Below, piece by piece: positions 12,828 through 24,861 of a stretch of 64,000 nucleotides of DNA; positions within the stretch are counted from its first letter, which is position 1, and each line of letters starts with the position of its first letter. The notes beneath the pieces were generated by a model that was given only the letters and a program-made list of their open reading frames with translations, was not told the DNA's origin and did not search any database. Source of the DNA: Neoconidiobolus thromboides FSU 785 (Eukaryota > Fungi > Entomophthoromycota). The position numbers and the translations under genes were made by a program. The stretch is from assembly GCA_025603075.1 (NCBI GenBank), contig MU626263.1, positions 124,001 to 188,000 on the forward strand, given 5' to 3'.

Positions 12828-15018
12828 TTATTGATTCATTTTAAGATGCAAATTTAAACTAAAATCCATAGACATCTAAAAGAATAAAAAAATAAATGTC
12901 ACTATTAGCATTCCATAATAACAATATTAAATATTCTTACCTGTTTATATTTTTCTAAATTAAAATTTGGGCAAATTTCAATTTCATCTTTAGGAGAAAA
13001 GTATTCCAACAACAATAAAATCAAAAAATCAATAGCTGCAAAAATACAAAATAAGATTCCAGAAAAGGGGCCACAACCGTAGTACCTATATATAAAATAT
13101 CAAATATTAATCTTACTTCTTTAACTAATAAACAAAATAATGACTATAAGTAATCTTACTTTTTTAATCGATTTAATAACGGAGGATGTTGTGATTTTAT
13201 AATTTTAAAATAAATCTGTAATAAAAATTTGATTTATACTAAATAATTTCAATAAAACATAAATAAACTATTACTCTTTCTGTTCTATCACAAACGTCAG
13301 CCCAAGAATACATTTTCATTACCTTTCGATGCATTTTAAATGGATCAATTGGTGATGTCTGTATTTTTTCAATTGCTTCAGATACCGTTTTAATCATATC
13401 TAAATAAATATATTCAACGAAAAATTCAATTTAAAATTCAAAAATTATATACCTTTTTCTTCTGGCATACCAAAATGTAACATATCTCTTGGTAATACTT
13501 CAGGTATACCACCTACTTTGGTACTAACTACCATTAAGCTAAATAAAATACAAAAGTTAAATTTAAATTTTAATATAAATAAATCTTATTTTTTACCCAC
13601 AACTAGCCGCTTCTACCACAGCGATACAAAAGGCTTCGGTTAAACTTGTATTTAAAAATATATTCCCTTTAACTAATACCTTCATAATAAAATAAAATAA
13701 TTTAACAACTAATGATAATAACAATGATAAATACTTACTGATCGAACGTCTTCTTTTTTAATTTTACCTAATAATTCCACTCGATCTGTAATTAAATGTT
13801 TTTCTCTCATTTGTTCTAAATCCACTCTTTTTGGACCATCACCACCTTAAAATTTATTGTATTAATTAATATCAACTATAAATAAATTATAGCTTACCAA
13901 TTAAAAACTTAACATTTGAATATTTTTGACAAATTCTAGGTATTATAGCTACCAATAAATCAATACCTTTACGATAGACTAATCTTGATAGTACAACTAT
14001 AGTAACTGATATAAAAAGTAAATATCATTTAACACAACTAATGGAATTAAAGAATACTAAACTTAGGATCCGCTTGTTTAGGATCAGGTAAAAAATTACT
14101 AGGAACAATAGCATTTGGAATCACTGATACAATATCAGGATCTAAGTTGGCCCTTAATACCGTATTTTCTCTACTAATATAAGAACAAAATATTAGTGAT
14201 ATTATAAAAAATAAACTTTCTTCAGTTTTAGCATTGTTAAAAATAGAAATAGGAATTAAAATTAAAATTGATATAAAAAAATTACCAAGTATGTGAAACG
14301 CATATCACATGATCAATATCACTTAAATTAAATTTTAAAAATTTATTCATACCAATGGAAGATGTATCTGCAAATCCAAATAAAGAATGATCGGTAAAAC
14401 AAGCTTTTAATCCCATAGTACGTGCATGAAAAATAGCTTCTAAAGCCATACAAGAAAAGGCCTAATATTAAATCATTAATATCAATTATTAAATGAAAGT
14501 TTTATAGTTGAGTTAGATGAAGTGTGATTGTCAGGAGAGTGTTAATAAAGGATAAAAAAAACACAACTTACTTGATGTCCATGGACAATGGAAATCTTTT
14601 CCCTTATTACAATATTTCGAAATAGGGGGAAAAATAAGAATAAATTGGGAAAAGTAGCTTGATTATAAATAACAAAGTGAGGGATATAGTATACTTTTAA
14701 ACCATTTGGTAAATATCTTATTCCTACTCTTTCATTATAATTGTGAGTGATCACAATTACCTACAGTTGATGGATTAGTCAGTTCCGTTGAAAATGATGA
14801 TAGATTTTATATTATGGTTGGGAAAACGAATGATCACAACTTACTTTATGTCCTTTTTCTATTAATTGCTGAGCTAAATGATAAAGATGTGATTCCACTC
14901 CACCTACATTAGGGAAAAAAAAATCGGAGACAAAGCTAATAAATAAACAAAAAGGTTATAATCAAGAGAAATAAAAGCTCATTAGATCATTAATTAGTTA
15001 CCATATATTTAATTTCAT
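12828..15018 (-). CDS. GPI3: GPI-GlcNAc transferase catalytic subunit PIG-A/Gpi3, many short exons
   Basis: Exons translate to [64 protein letters not shown] and [14 protein letters not shown], with a C-terminal TM segment. Confidence 0.93.
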
Positions 15019-15315
15019 TTTCTGCTTTTATTTGGTCGTTTTAATAATGTCATTAATTAGAATAAAAAATTATAAAAAAATAGAATTTTGATTTTTGCGT
15101 CTTTTTGAATCTATTTTTTGAAATTGAAAGTTGTAATACAATATTAATCAAATTAAATAAGGTTAAAAAGTAAAGAAAGTAGAAACTTCTATAAATTTGT
15201 TTAATAAAATATAATCTATGACTAGGAAAAGAGGATTAAATTAAGCTCTTTAAAGATCTGTTAATAATAAAAGATAAATAAAAACTCTATAAAAATAAAC
15301 AATAAATTTACTTAT

Positions 15316-17283
15316 TTAACGCTTCTTAAGTTTAGTAGAAAATGTCTTCAATGGATCATGACGCTAGAAATAGAACATTAGAATTGATATATTGATCTTA
15401 AATAACTAAAACTTACCCTTTTATTTTTACGATGACTATCTCTATGTTTGTTTTCAAACTTAATACCTTTTCTTTTTTTGTTTTCTTCCTTTGCATTGTC
15501 ACCAATTACTTGTTCCTGATTAACACTAGCAATTTTAGGAATCAAATAAGAGGGTACCGTTTTCAAGTATTCTTTATTTTTATCTTGCATTAAAGGTTTG
15601 TCATGTCTTAAAAATTCCAAATCTTTAGGTCGATCTTCAAAATGAGCTTTTAACTTTTCCGAATTCATTAATTCATTTTTTAATTCTTTGACTCGGGCTT
15701 CTTTAATTTTTAATTTCGTTACCATTCTTTCCGCATCTTCACAACGGTATCGAAAGCCTTCAATTTGTTTCATATCAAATTCATATGGACAAATTGGACT
15801 CCCTTTTTGTTCTCTACTCTTACTAACTTTATTAAATACAGCTTCTTCTATTGAATTGGAAGTGGATATTAATGATAATGCAATACCACTTTTACCACCA
15901 CGAGCAGTTCTTCCAATTCGATGGGTATAAGATTTGATAGATATCGGAAAATCAAAATTTATAACAGCAGCTACACTTTTGAAATCAATACCACGAGATA
16001 CACCATATTCTTTATCGGAATTAAAAGTTGTTTTTCTTTTTTTAATAACTCTTTCTTCTTTATTTTCTTCTTCTTCTGAGTTCTCTTCTTCTTCATCTGA
16101 ATCTTTATCTACTTTGTATTTTTGTTCATCCGATGCAATAATATAATCATAAATTCCTTTATTAAATTCTTCAATTATATGATATCTTGAATTTAATGGC
16201 AATTCAGAATTCAAAGCACATGAACGTATACCAAATTTTTCTAAAAATAGTTTTAATTTATAACATGTTTCGATTTCATTCACAAATATTAAACATTTTC
16301 CTTTAATTAATTGTAATTTAAGTATAACATATAATAATAGAAATTTATCATTATTAGTACATTTTATACTATATTCACTTAATGTTCCATCACTTGTTTC
16401 ATCTTCTTTTAATTTTAAAACTACTGGATTTCTTAAAATTAACTGTTTAAGATTTTCAATATCCTAATTGAATTTTGTTATTAAAAAAGATTCTTCTTAT
16501 TTATATAAAATAGTTACCTTATTAATAGTAGCTGATAATAAAAAAGATTGACAGGCTTTTGGTAGATAAGTTAAAATTTGTTTTAAATCTTGTTCATAAC
16601 CAAAAGATAAGACTAAATCCGCTTCATCAATAATTAATTGTTGTAAACTAGTTTTAACGTTTAATGACTATAAAATTTGATTTGAGATTAAATTGACATT
16701 GAAATACTATTAAAATTTACCTTATTTTGTAAAAAACTTAAAATTTTACTTGGGGTACCAATAACAATACTTGGTAACTCTTTAAGTTGAGTTCTATAAA
16801 ATAAAATTAATTTATAAAAGGAAATTATTTCATTTAATCTTACTTCAAAAGTTTATCAGGTACATTACCAGATAAATTAATATGTTTAATATCCCCGCAA
16901 TAGATAAGAATTTCATTAAGTTGATTACTAACTTGTTCGCAAAGTTCTCTGGTGGGTACTAATATCATTGCTTTGATAGTCGATTTATTATTTTCATTCT
17001 AAAAAACAATTGTTACTTTTTATTAATTAAATTCATAAAACTAAAATACCTCCTTAATCAACAATAAATTTTGGAGAATAGGTAAAAGGTAGGTTAATGT
17101 TTTACCCGAACCAGTTCTTGCTCTAGCCAAGATATCTTTACCAGCTAAAGCTAATGGAATAACACTGGATTGAATTAAAGTGGGTTTAACATGGCCTAGT
17201 TTAGCAACAGCTCGAAGTAAACGATCATCTAAGCCTAAATCATTAAAACTTTTATTTTGATCAATTACTTTAGTATCAGCCAT
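15316..17283 (-). CDS. DBP9: DEAD-box RNA helicase Dbp9/DDX56
   Basis: Q-motif [47 protein letters not shown] and a C-terminal RHDPLKTF. Confidence 0.93.
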
Positions 17284-17510
17284 AGTTCTATTTGAATTAA
17301 AAGTTGTTAAATTAAAATCAATAAAAGTTAAAAATGGTCCTAAAATTCAAACTTGCGAATCTTTTGCAATTTATTTTAGAAATGAATAAAGCTCGAATTT
17401 AATAGAGCCAATTAAAAGCATTAAAATACCAAGCTAAAGATGTAAAAATTCATATTTTATATAAGAGTTGAAATGTTTGTTTTAATAAACTCAAATAAAA
17501 TAACTTAAAA

Positions 17511-18188
17511 ATGGATTATCAAAACCGAGCAGGCTCCAAACCAGGGGCAGGAGGGGTAGCGAGTGCCTCTGAGTCGAATGTAGATCGACGTGAAAGATTA
17601 CGAAAATTAGCCTTAGAAACCATTGATTTAGCGAAAGATCCTTATTTTATGAAAAATCATTTAGGTTCCTACGAGTGTAAACTATGTTTAACATTACATA
17701 CAAATGAAGGGAGTTATTTAGCACATACACAAGGAAAAAAGCATCAAACTAATTTAGCTAGAAGAGCAGCCAAAGAAGCAGCCGAATCAATAGCACCAGT
17801 ACCAGTAACTCAAACGCCAATTGTACCCCGTAAAAATTTTATTAAAATTGGACGACCTGGATATAAAGTAACAAAACTTAAAGATCCAAATACTAATCAA
17901 TTAGGCTTTTTATTTAGCATTCAATATCCAGAATGTGGGACAGATATTATACCTAGATTTCGGTTTATGTCTGCATTTGAACAGCATATTGAAGCCCCCG
18001 ATAAAAATTTTCAATATTTAATATTTGCGGCAGAACCTTATGAAAATATTGGATTTAAAGTTCAATCAAAAGAAATTGATAGAAATCCTCAATTGTTTTT
18101 TTCATATTGGGATAAAGAATGTAATCAATTTTCGTTACAATTCTTTTTTAAAGAAGATTATCCATCTGGTATTAACTCTAACAAATAA
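17511..18188 (+). CDS. SF3A2: Splicing factor 3A subunit 2 (SAP62/Prp11), intronless
   Basis: MDYQNRAGSKPGAGG, RRERLRKLALETIDL, U1-type zinc finger ECKLCLTLHTNEGSYLAHTQGKKH, KIGRPGYKVTK and AAEPYENIGFK. Confidence 0.96.
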   Translation: MDYQNRAGSKPGAGGVASASESNVDRRERLRKLALETIDLAKDPYFMKNHLGSYECKLCLTLHTNEGSYLAHTQGKKHQTNLARRAAKEAAESIAPVPVTQTPIVPRKNFIKIGRPGYKVTKLKDPNTNQLGFLFSIQYPECGTDIIPRFRFMSAFEQHIEAPDKNFQYLIFAAEPYENIGFKVQSKEIDRNPQLFFSYWDKECNQFSLQFFFKEDYPSGINSNK

Positions 18189-18330
18189 ATTTTTATTAAT
18201 TTTGTAGTTTGGGTTTGCACTATTTTTAAGCTAATAAAAAATTATTTAACTTTCTATTGGTGGATTTTTTTGAAACTCTTTATTTTAAGCATATCCCATA
18301 AAATTTAATACAGTTTAACTTATTTTTAAA

Positions 18331-19409
18331 ATGGCATTTACTAGTATAATAAGAGTAAGTATATTAACATATTAAAATTAAAATAGTACTAATAAAACAT
18401 AAAGAATGCCAACCAATTAGTTAGTAAAAATTTATTTACTAAATCCTTATCCACTACAAGCTTAAATTGGAGTTCTTTGGATGCCAGTAAAGTAACTGAA
18501 TCAAAAATTGAGGTTTTACAACCACTTAAACCTAAAGTATTAAGACCTTTCTCACAACCAAAATGTAATTGATTTTATGTTGATTTATACTAATTTAAAA
18601 CTAATAAAAAATGAACTTAGTCGTTGCTCCAGTTGCCGAATCAACACAGGCTAAAGGTAATTAACTAATAAATTAAATCTAAGCTCTCATTCTAACCTCA
18701 ACCAAAGTATTAAATCCTTTTCCAACGACTGTCCAAGCGTGGTTGAAAGATTTTAAAACCCAACAACCCATTGATATATTAAATATAAGTGCGGATGTAT
18801 TTGCCAGTCCAATCAGAAGGGATATATTACAACGAGCTGTAGTATATGAAAGAGATTGTTTACGTCAAGGAACTCATTCTGCCTTAAGTCGATCTGAGGT
18901 TTCTGGTACAGGTAGAAAAGCTTATGCTCAAAAAGGAAGAGGTAAAGCACGTGTTGGTTCTCTTCGTGCTCCTCACTTTCGTGGTGGTAAGTTTAATTTA
19001 ATGGATTTAAAGGCTACGTTTATTTAGTTTGAAATTAGGGGGTCGTGCTTTTCCTGTTAAACCACGTGATCATTCAACTAAATTACCAAGAAAATTATAT
19101 AATTTTGCTTTGAGAGTATTATTATCTACTAAATATGCCCAAAATCAACTGCTTTTAGTAGATAATGTAGAATTGGATAGTCATAAAACAAAAGATTTAG
19201 TATCTGTATTAAAAGGACATAATCTAGATTCCGCCATGTTTATGTTGGGTCAAGAAAATGATTATTTAGAATTAGCAGTCAATAATATTCCAGGAATTTC
19301 AGTGGGTGATATTTATGATCCTACTATTTATCAGATGATGTTACATTCCAATTTAGTACTTGATAAACTTGCCTTGGCTTATTTTGAAGATACTCTTAGA
19401 GTTGATTAA
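18331..19409 (+). CDS. YML6: Mitochondrial large-subunit ribosomal protein uL4m, multi-exon
   Basis: RQGTHSALSRSEVSGTGRKAYAQKGRGKARVGSLRAPHFRGG and GRAFPVKPRDHS are uL4 signatures. Short 5' exons encode a presequence. Confidence 0.9.
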
Positions 19410-19906
19410 AAAGATTATAGATTAACGGGAGAAACATGAAAAAATAATAAATTAGATCGTTTAAAATTTTGTTGTTTAATTATAATGTTATGCTTTTAAG
19501 TTTATAAGAATGATAAGTTTAAAAAAATAGCCTTTCCTATTATTAATCTTATACAGAAAATTAGTATTGATTAGCTTATATCAAAATAGATATAAGCTAA
19601 TATGAAAGAATCAAATAATATTTAAATAAACTGATAATAGTGGTCTTTTAAAATAATAAGGAATATATTAATATAACATAGTAAAGGAGAAGTACCATCC
19701 TATTTTGAAATTTGTATAAAGACAGAAATTTTTTGATTATTCTCAAAGCAGTAGAGCTTTTACTCATTCAATACAAATTGATTTTATTAATAGCTGCTAA
19801 AATGATAGAAAATATCAAAATTAAACCTATTTATTGACCATTACTATCACTACATATTAATTAAAATAAACATATAGGCGTCTACTATGACTTCAAAAAC
19901 ATAACA

Positions 19907-20780
19907 CTATTGTTTTTTAACCTTATTGAAATCAGCTTCCGTATTATGTAAATAATCCAGGATACCCAACAACCCAAATTCGTAATTAAATTTTTCATGA
20001 TGATAATCATGGCCTGTAGCCGAACGAAAAAAAGGAAGATTGTAACCAGAATGTGAGTTAACTGTATTAAAATTAGCGAGTGTTAACCAAAAATAAATAG
20101 TGAGTGGATGAGACCTTAATACTAATGGACCCAACAGTAAGGGTAACAAATTAGAAAATAAAAATTCAGTTACTGTAGCATAAACAGCTAATTGAGGTTA
20201 GTAAATGATAAAATGAGTATAGAAAAATGAACTTACCTGCTAAACCAATGGGGGCGGTAAACTCATGATGCAGTTTATGAAATTTAGCATAAAGTAAAGG
20301 ATGATGAAGTAATCGATGAACATAATAAAACCCAACTTCAGTAATAAGTAAATAAATGATGATATCTCTTAGAAACTGGCCAATTGTAGGTACCTGACTA
20401 AAGTATTCCTTTGCCTGTCCAAATGATGAATATCTAGGCGAGATGGGATGACATAAATAATAAACTAAATAAGAACTTGGTGGCGCAATTAACACATAAT
20501 TGAACAAGGCTATTGGCAACGCTTTTTTGTAATCTTCGATAGCCTCCTTTTTGCGTTTTTGGATTTTATATTTTGAATAACCGGTTGGATAATGGACATC
20601 AATAATATAAAAAAAAAGAGAAGAAATAAAATAGGTTGAGAAAGCACATAAATAAGAGCCAATTAACAATAAAGAAAAAGAATCAAACTTTGAGTTTAAA
20701 ATATTCCATAGTTCTTGACCTTCAAAGTGTAGTAATATTGAATAGCTAGCTACAAAAAGCGGTACAATTCCTCCATTCAT
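19907..20780 (-). CDS. FAXDC2-like fatty-acid hydroxylase/sterol oxidase, copy B (intron 20188-20236)
   Basis: Intact His boxes and the same intron position as copies A and C. The ATG at 20780 aligns with the starts of the paralogs. Confidence 0.9.
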
Positions 20781-21389
20781 TATGTTAATATTTGTAACTA
20801 AAAAATGAGAAAACAATTTATAAATATATTTCTTAACAAAAAGAAGTAAATGATTTAACTATTTATTTTTAAAACATCAGTTTTCATTCCTCCATTGTGA
20901 CAATAATGCTTAGAATCTCCCCAAAAGCTGGACAATATGTAAACATTCCAAATTTTTAAAAAAAGTTTGAGAGTATATACTTATGAATTTTTATTTTTTT
21001 GTTTTATTTTATTTTCATATTACATAATTTGCAAAAAATTTAGATTTAAACTACACTTTAAAAATATTATCAAAATTATTATTAAGATATAGTGTAATAA
21101 ATAGTATCTAATAATTTTATATTAACTCCCCACTTATAAATTTCTATTGCATTGTCTTAGTATTTTAAAATATCTGCACTGAATTATAACTGAACAATAA
21201 AAAATAAAATAAAGAAATATTTTTATACAGATTTTGAAAAGTTGGATTTAAATTAAGCTATAAATTTTATTTTTATTTTTATTGTTTTTAAATTCTCAAT
21301 ATCAATTTGATATAAATAAAGTATAGTTCGCTGTACAACTTAAAGTTTTAATTTTATTTATATCAAATTAGGATGTCTCTAAAGCCTGG

Positions 21390-21990
21390 TTTAAGTATAA
21401 ATGAGTCGGCAGTGAGCACATGCTTTTGCTTTAATGACTGGCTAAAAACGCATTTTTCACCAGGATTAAGGCTCACTCTTATAAACCCGAGGTTAGCTCT
21501 AGCCATCAGTTTCGTGGTAATATGGAAAACAGTATAACCTATCGATTTTTAAATTATACTGTCTTATCTAATTTTTGATATCTGTGTGCCTCCTATTTTT
21601 ATACATTCTCAAATCCTATTGTTATATTAATGATATGAGCCTTACTTTTACTTCTCTACTTTTACTTCTCTACTTTTACTTTTGTTCTCACTTCTGCGCT
21701 TCCATCTTTTTGACCATTTATAAAGTTCATATCAAATTGGGGTTTGCCAAAACCTCTTCTTGTCTTTCAGACTCTCCACTCTTCGTCAGGTGAAAAATTA
21801 CTTGAGACCAAGGTTTCTCTCTCACGATTACTAAATTAATTAATCAAAGTAGATGCGCTATACTCTCCAAATGAGCTGTCTCCCCCTCTATCGTTCATCA
21901 AAGGGCTTTATTTCATTTAAAGCACAATAAACCACTTGGGGCCTGTTGCCTCTTGAAGAATTTAAAAATTAAACACTCTTAATACGAAGG
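21390..21990 (-). mobile_element. GC-richer degenerate relic, possibly the APE-endonuclease start of a LINE
   Basis: The minus strand reads NITIGFENV (resembling APE motif I), then a frameshifted IL..ET.WL-like segment. Many stops. Contains a TACTTTTACTTCTC tandem repeat. Confidence 0.3.
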
Positions 21991-22138
21991 GTGTATTGTT
22001 TTGAATTTAATGATTTGATGTCAATACAACTCAAAACAAACAAATATTAAAAATAATAGACTAACTTCCATGTATGAATTATTTCTATCTATAATAGATA
22101 ATATTTATAGTAAACATTCTTTAATTTTAGTTAAAATT

Positions 22139-22233
22139 TGTGAATGTTTTTTTTGTCTTCATTACTTTTTTTGAGCACTATTTGAGTGGAAAGATTATTA
22201 GCAAAATTCTTAAACGAAAAAATACATCGCCAT
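22139..22233. mobile_element. MITE-like repeat copy with an internal deletion, just downstream of the desaturase pseudogene
   Basis: GAATGTTTTTTTTGTCTTCATTAC ... GAGCACTATTTGAGTGGAAAG ... AAAAAATACATCGCCAT. Confidence 0.65.
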
Positions 22234-22250
22234 TTATTATATTCAAAAGC

Positions 22251-23110
22251 TTATTTTTAATTTTGTAAAGACTCCGATTGGTTTCGTGTAAATGATCAAG
22301 GATATTCAACAAGCTAAATATATAATTGAATTTTTCATGATATTAGTTGTGACCTATAGTAAGACTTAATAAGGGAAGATTATAAACTGAGTGTCAAGTA
22401 ACTGTGCTAAAGTTTGCAAGAATTATTCAAAAACAGATAATGAGAGGGTGAGATCTTAGTATTAAAGAACTCATCAGTAAAGGTGTCATATTTAAGAACA
22501 TAAATTCCGGTACAGAAGCATAGATAGTTAGTAAAGTTAGTAAATCGTTAATTAGTATATGAACTAGAGCTACCTGCTAAACCAACCAACACAATAAACT
22601 CATGGTGTACTTTATGGAATCTTGTGTAAAATAAAGGGAGGCGAAATAATCGATGAATATAGTAAAACCTAGTCCAGTAATAATCAAATAAATGATCGTG
22701 TCCTTCAAAAATACCTATACTGTAGATACTTGGCCAAAATATTTCTTTACTTGTTCTGATAGGGAGTACATGGGCGAAATTGGATGAAATAAATAAAACA
22801 GAAAGTAGGACTATGGAAGCGTAATTAGTATATAATTAAATAAAACGGCCAGTAGGGCTTTTTATAATTTTTGGTAACTTCTAATTTGCGGTTTTGAGTT
22901 TTATATTATGAGTAGCTACTTTGATATTAGATATTAATAATATATAAAAAGAAAGAAGTAGAGGAATAGGATAGTAAAACACTTCAATAAAATCCAATTG
23001 ACAATAAAGTAAATTAAGCAGACTTCGAAATCAGTGTGTTTTATATATATTGACTTTTGAGTCATAACAGTATTAAACAGCTAATTAAAAAAACCAATAC
23101 AAATTACATT
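22251..23110 (-). pseudogene. FAXDC2-like pseudogene, copy D
   Basis: Full-length colinear with copy C. The first His box is degraded to HRLFRL, the last box reads GGT CAC AAC TAA TAT CAT GAA (in-frame stop), and the 5' region is eroded. FYTRFHKVHHEF is retained. Confidence 0.85.
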
Positions 23111-23824
23111 GTCACTATGCTTCTTTATATTCAAAAACTTAGGAGGGTCCTTCTTAAACAAAAAACTTTATATATCTTAATCCCTCTCCCACGCATACTT
23201 TAAAAATAAAGAGCTCTGAAGTCTTGGTTTATATATTATATCTCAATTAAGATAATACTTAGCTAGACTCTGTTATACAACTAGTAAAATTGTGTTTCAA
23301 AAGTCAAAATATTATGTTCTTAAATGATAATTATGAATCAATAAAATTTACTCAGAAAAAAATAGCTACTTGTTTAAAATTACTATTCCTTTAAAAAGGA
23401 TATTGATTTTTTTATAAACCTTACTATGAAGTATTAAGAACACTCGATTATTTTATTATAAATTGAAATTTATAGTTAGTGTTAATTTTAATATTCATTC
23501 TATACTAACATCCCCTTAATACTAGCCTTAATATTAATTTTAATGTTAATGCTGTTTTGATACTAACATTAGAATCAGGCTTGGTGTTAAGTGAATTTTA
23601 TGCCAAATTATATATATCTTATTGCTGTTCCATCTACTGTATTATCACTGTTTTATACTTCATATTGTAGCCATTTCATATTATCTACTATAATCATTTT
23701 AAATGTGCGATAAATAATTATGTTGTACTTTAGCTATTTTAATAAAAATTGTTTTCGATAAAGGAACTAATTTATAACTTTGAATTAGAGAATTTTTATA
23801 TCAAAACTAAAAACAAAGTTATTA

Positions 23825-23926
23825 AATGGAGACGTTTTTTTTGACTTCATTACTTTTTCCATCTTTAAGCGTTATCTGGGTGGAAAAATTGTTAGTGAAG
23901 TTTTTAAATACAAAAATACATCCCTA
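23825..23926. mobile_element. MITE-like repeat copy, first of a tandem pair
   Basis: ATGGAGACGTTTTTTTTGACTTCATTAC ... AAAAATACATCCCTA. Confidence 0.75.
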
Positions 23927-23927
23927 G

Positions 23928-24034
23928 ATATGGGGGTGTTTTTTTTGACTTCATTATTTTTTCCATTTTTTAAGCGCTATTTAAGTGGAAAATTTGTTAG
24001 TAAAATTCTTAAACACAAAAATACATCCCCATAT
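23928..24034. mobile_element. MITE-like repeat copy, second of the tandem pair and near consensus
   Basis: ATAT-GGGGGTGTTTTTTTTG ... CACAAAAATACATCCCC-ATAT, terminal inverted repeat of about 18 bp. Confidence 0.8.
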
Positions 24035-24861
24035 AGTATTCAGTTTATATTTTAAGACGAAGATAGCTTTTATATTATAAAACAAAAATGTTAGCTAACA
24101 AATCAACATAATTAAAATTTTAAGTACTTGATTAAAATTTTCAATAATGTTTTAAATTATGACTTTTTTATACTCATTAATTTAGTTTATTATAATCTAA
24201 ATCGCTATTTTATTATGAATTAGCTACTTTAATTCAATACTTTTATTAGCAATTCCTTCATAATATCTAATATTTATAAGTGTAGCTTATATAATTTGTA
24301 TTCTATATTTAATGTTTTTAAATAATGGATATGAAAAGATAATTCGATTTTTTTTTATTAAAAAGTTTGTTTTTGTAAATGGACTAGAAAGCTAACAGAA
24401 AAGGAATTTAGCACTTTTAGAATTGCTTGTAAGGTGTTCAATAGTTCAGTCAGTGTTATTGTTTTATATGGTTTTACATTCGATGTATAGTTGTATTGCT
24501 AATAGGTCAGTTCCTGACGCTTTAGTAGAGAAAACCGAATATCCTTTCTAAATAGCCCTCTGGGCTAAATCTAGAATCAAGCTGTAAAAGGAGATTTAAT
24601 TCAAATAAAATAACTTTAAAGTTAGAAGTAAGGAATGAGATGAGGCTAGTATTAAAATCGAATAATTATTGTTTCTTATTAAATTAAAAGTTGTTTGTTT
24701 TTATTTAATAAAATCAGTGTTAATACATTTAATAAACCAATCAAAAAAAATAAATGAACAAGTTAATTGTTGCACATGTATTTCTTTTGCCTTTATCATA
24801 GACAATATTTACAGCAAAATACCTAAAATTTTGACCAGAACTTATTATATAAAAGGATGAT

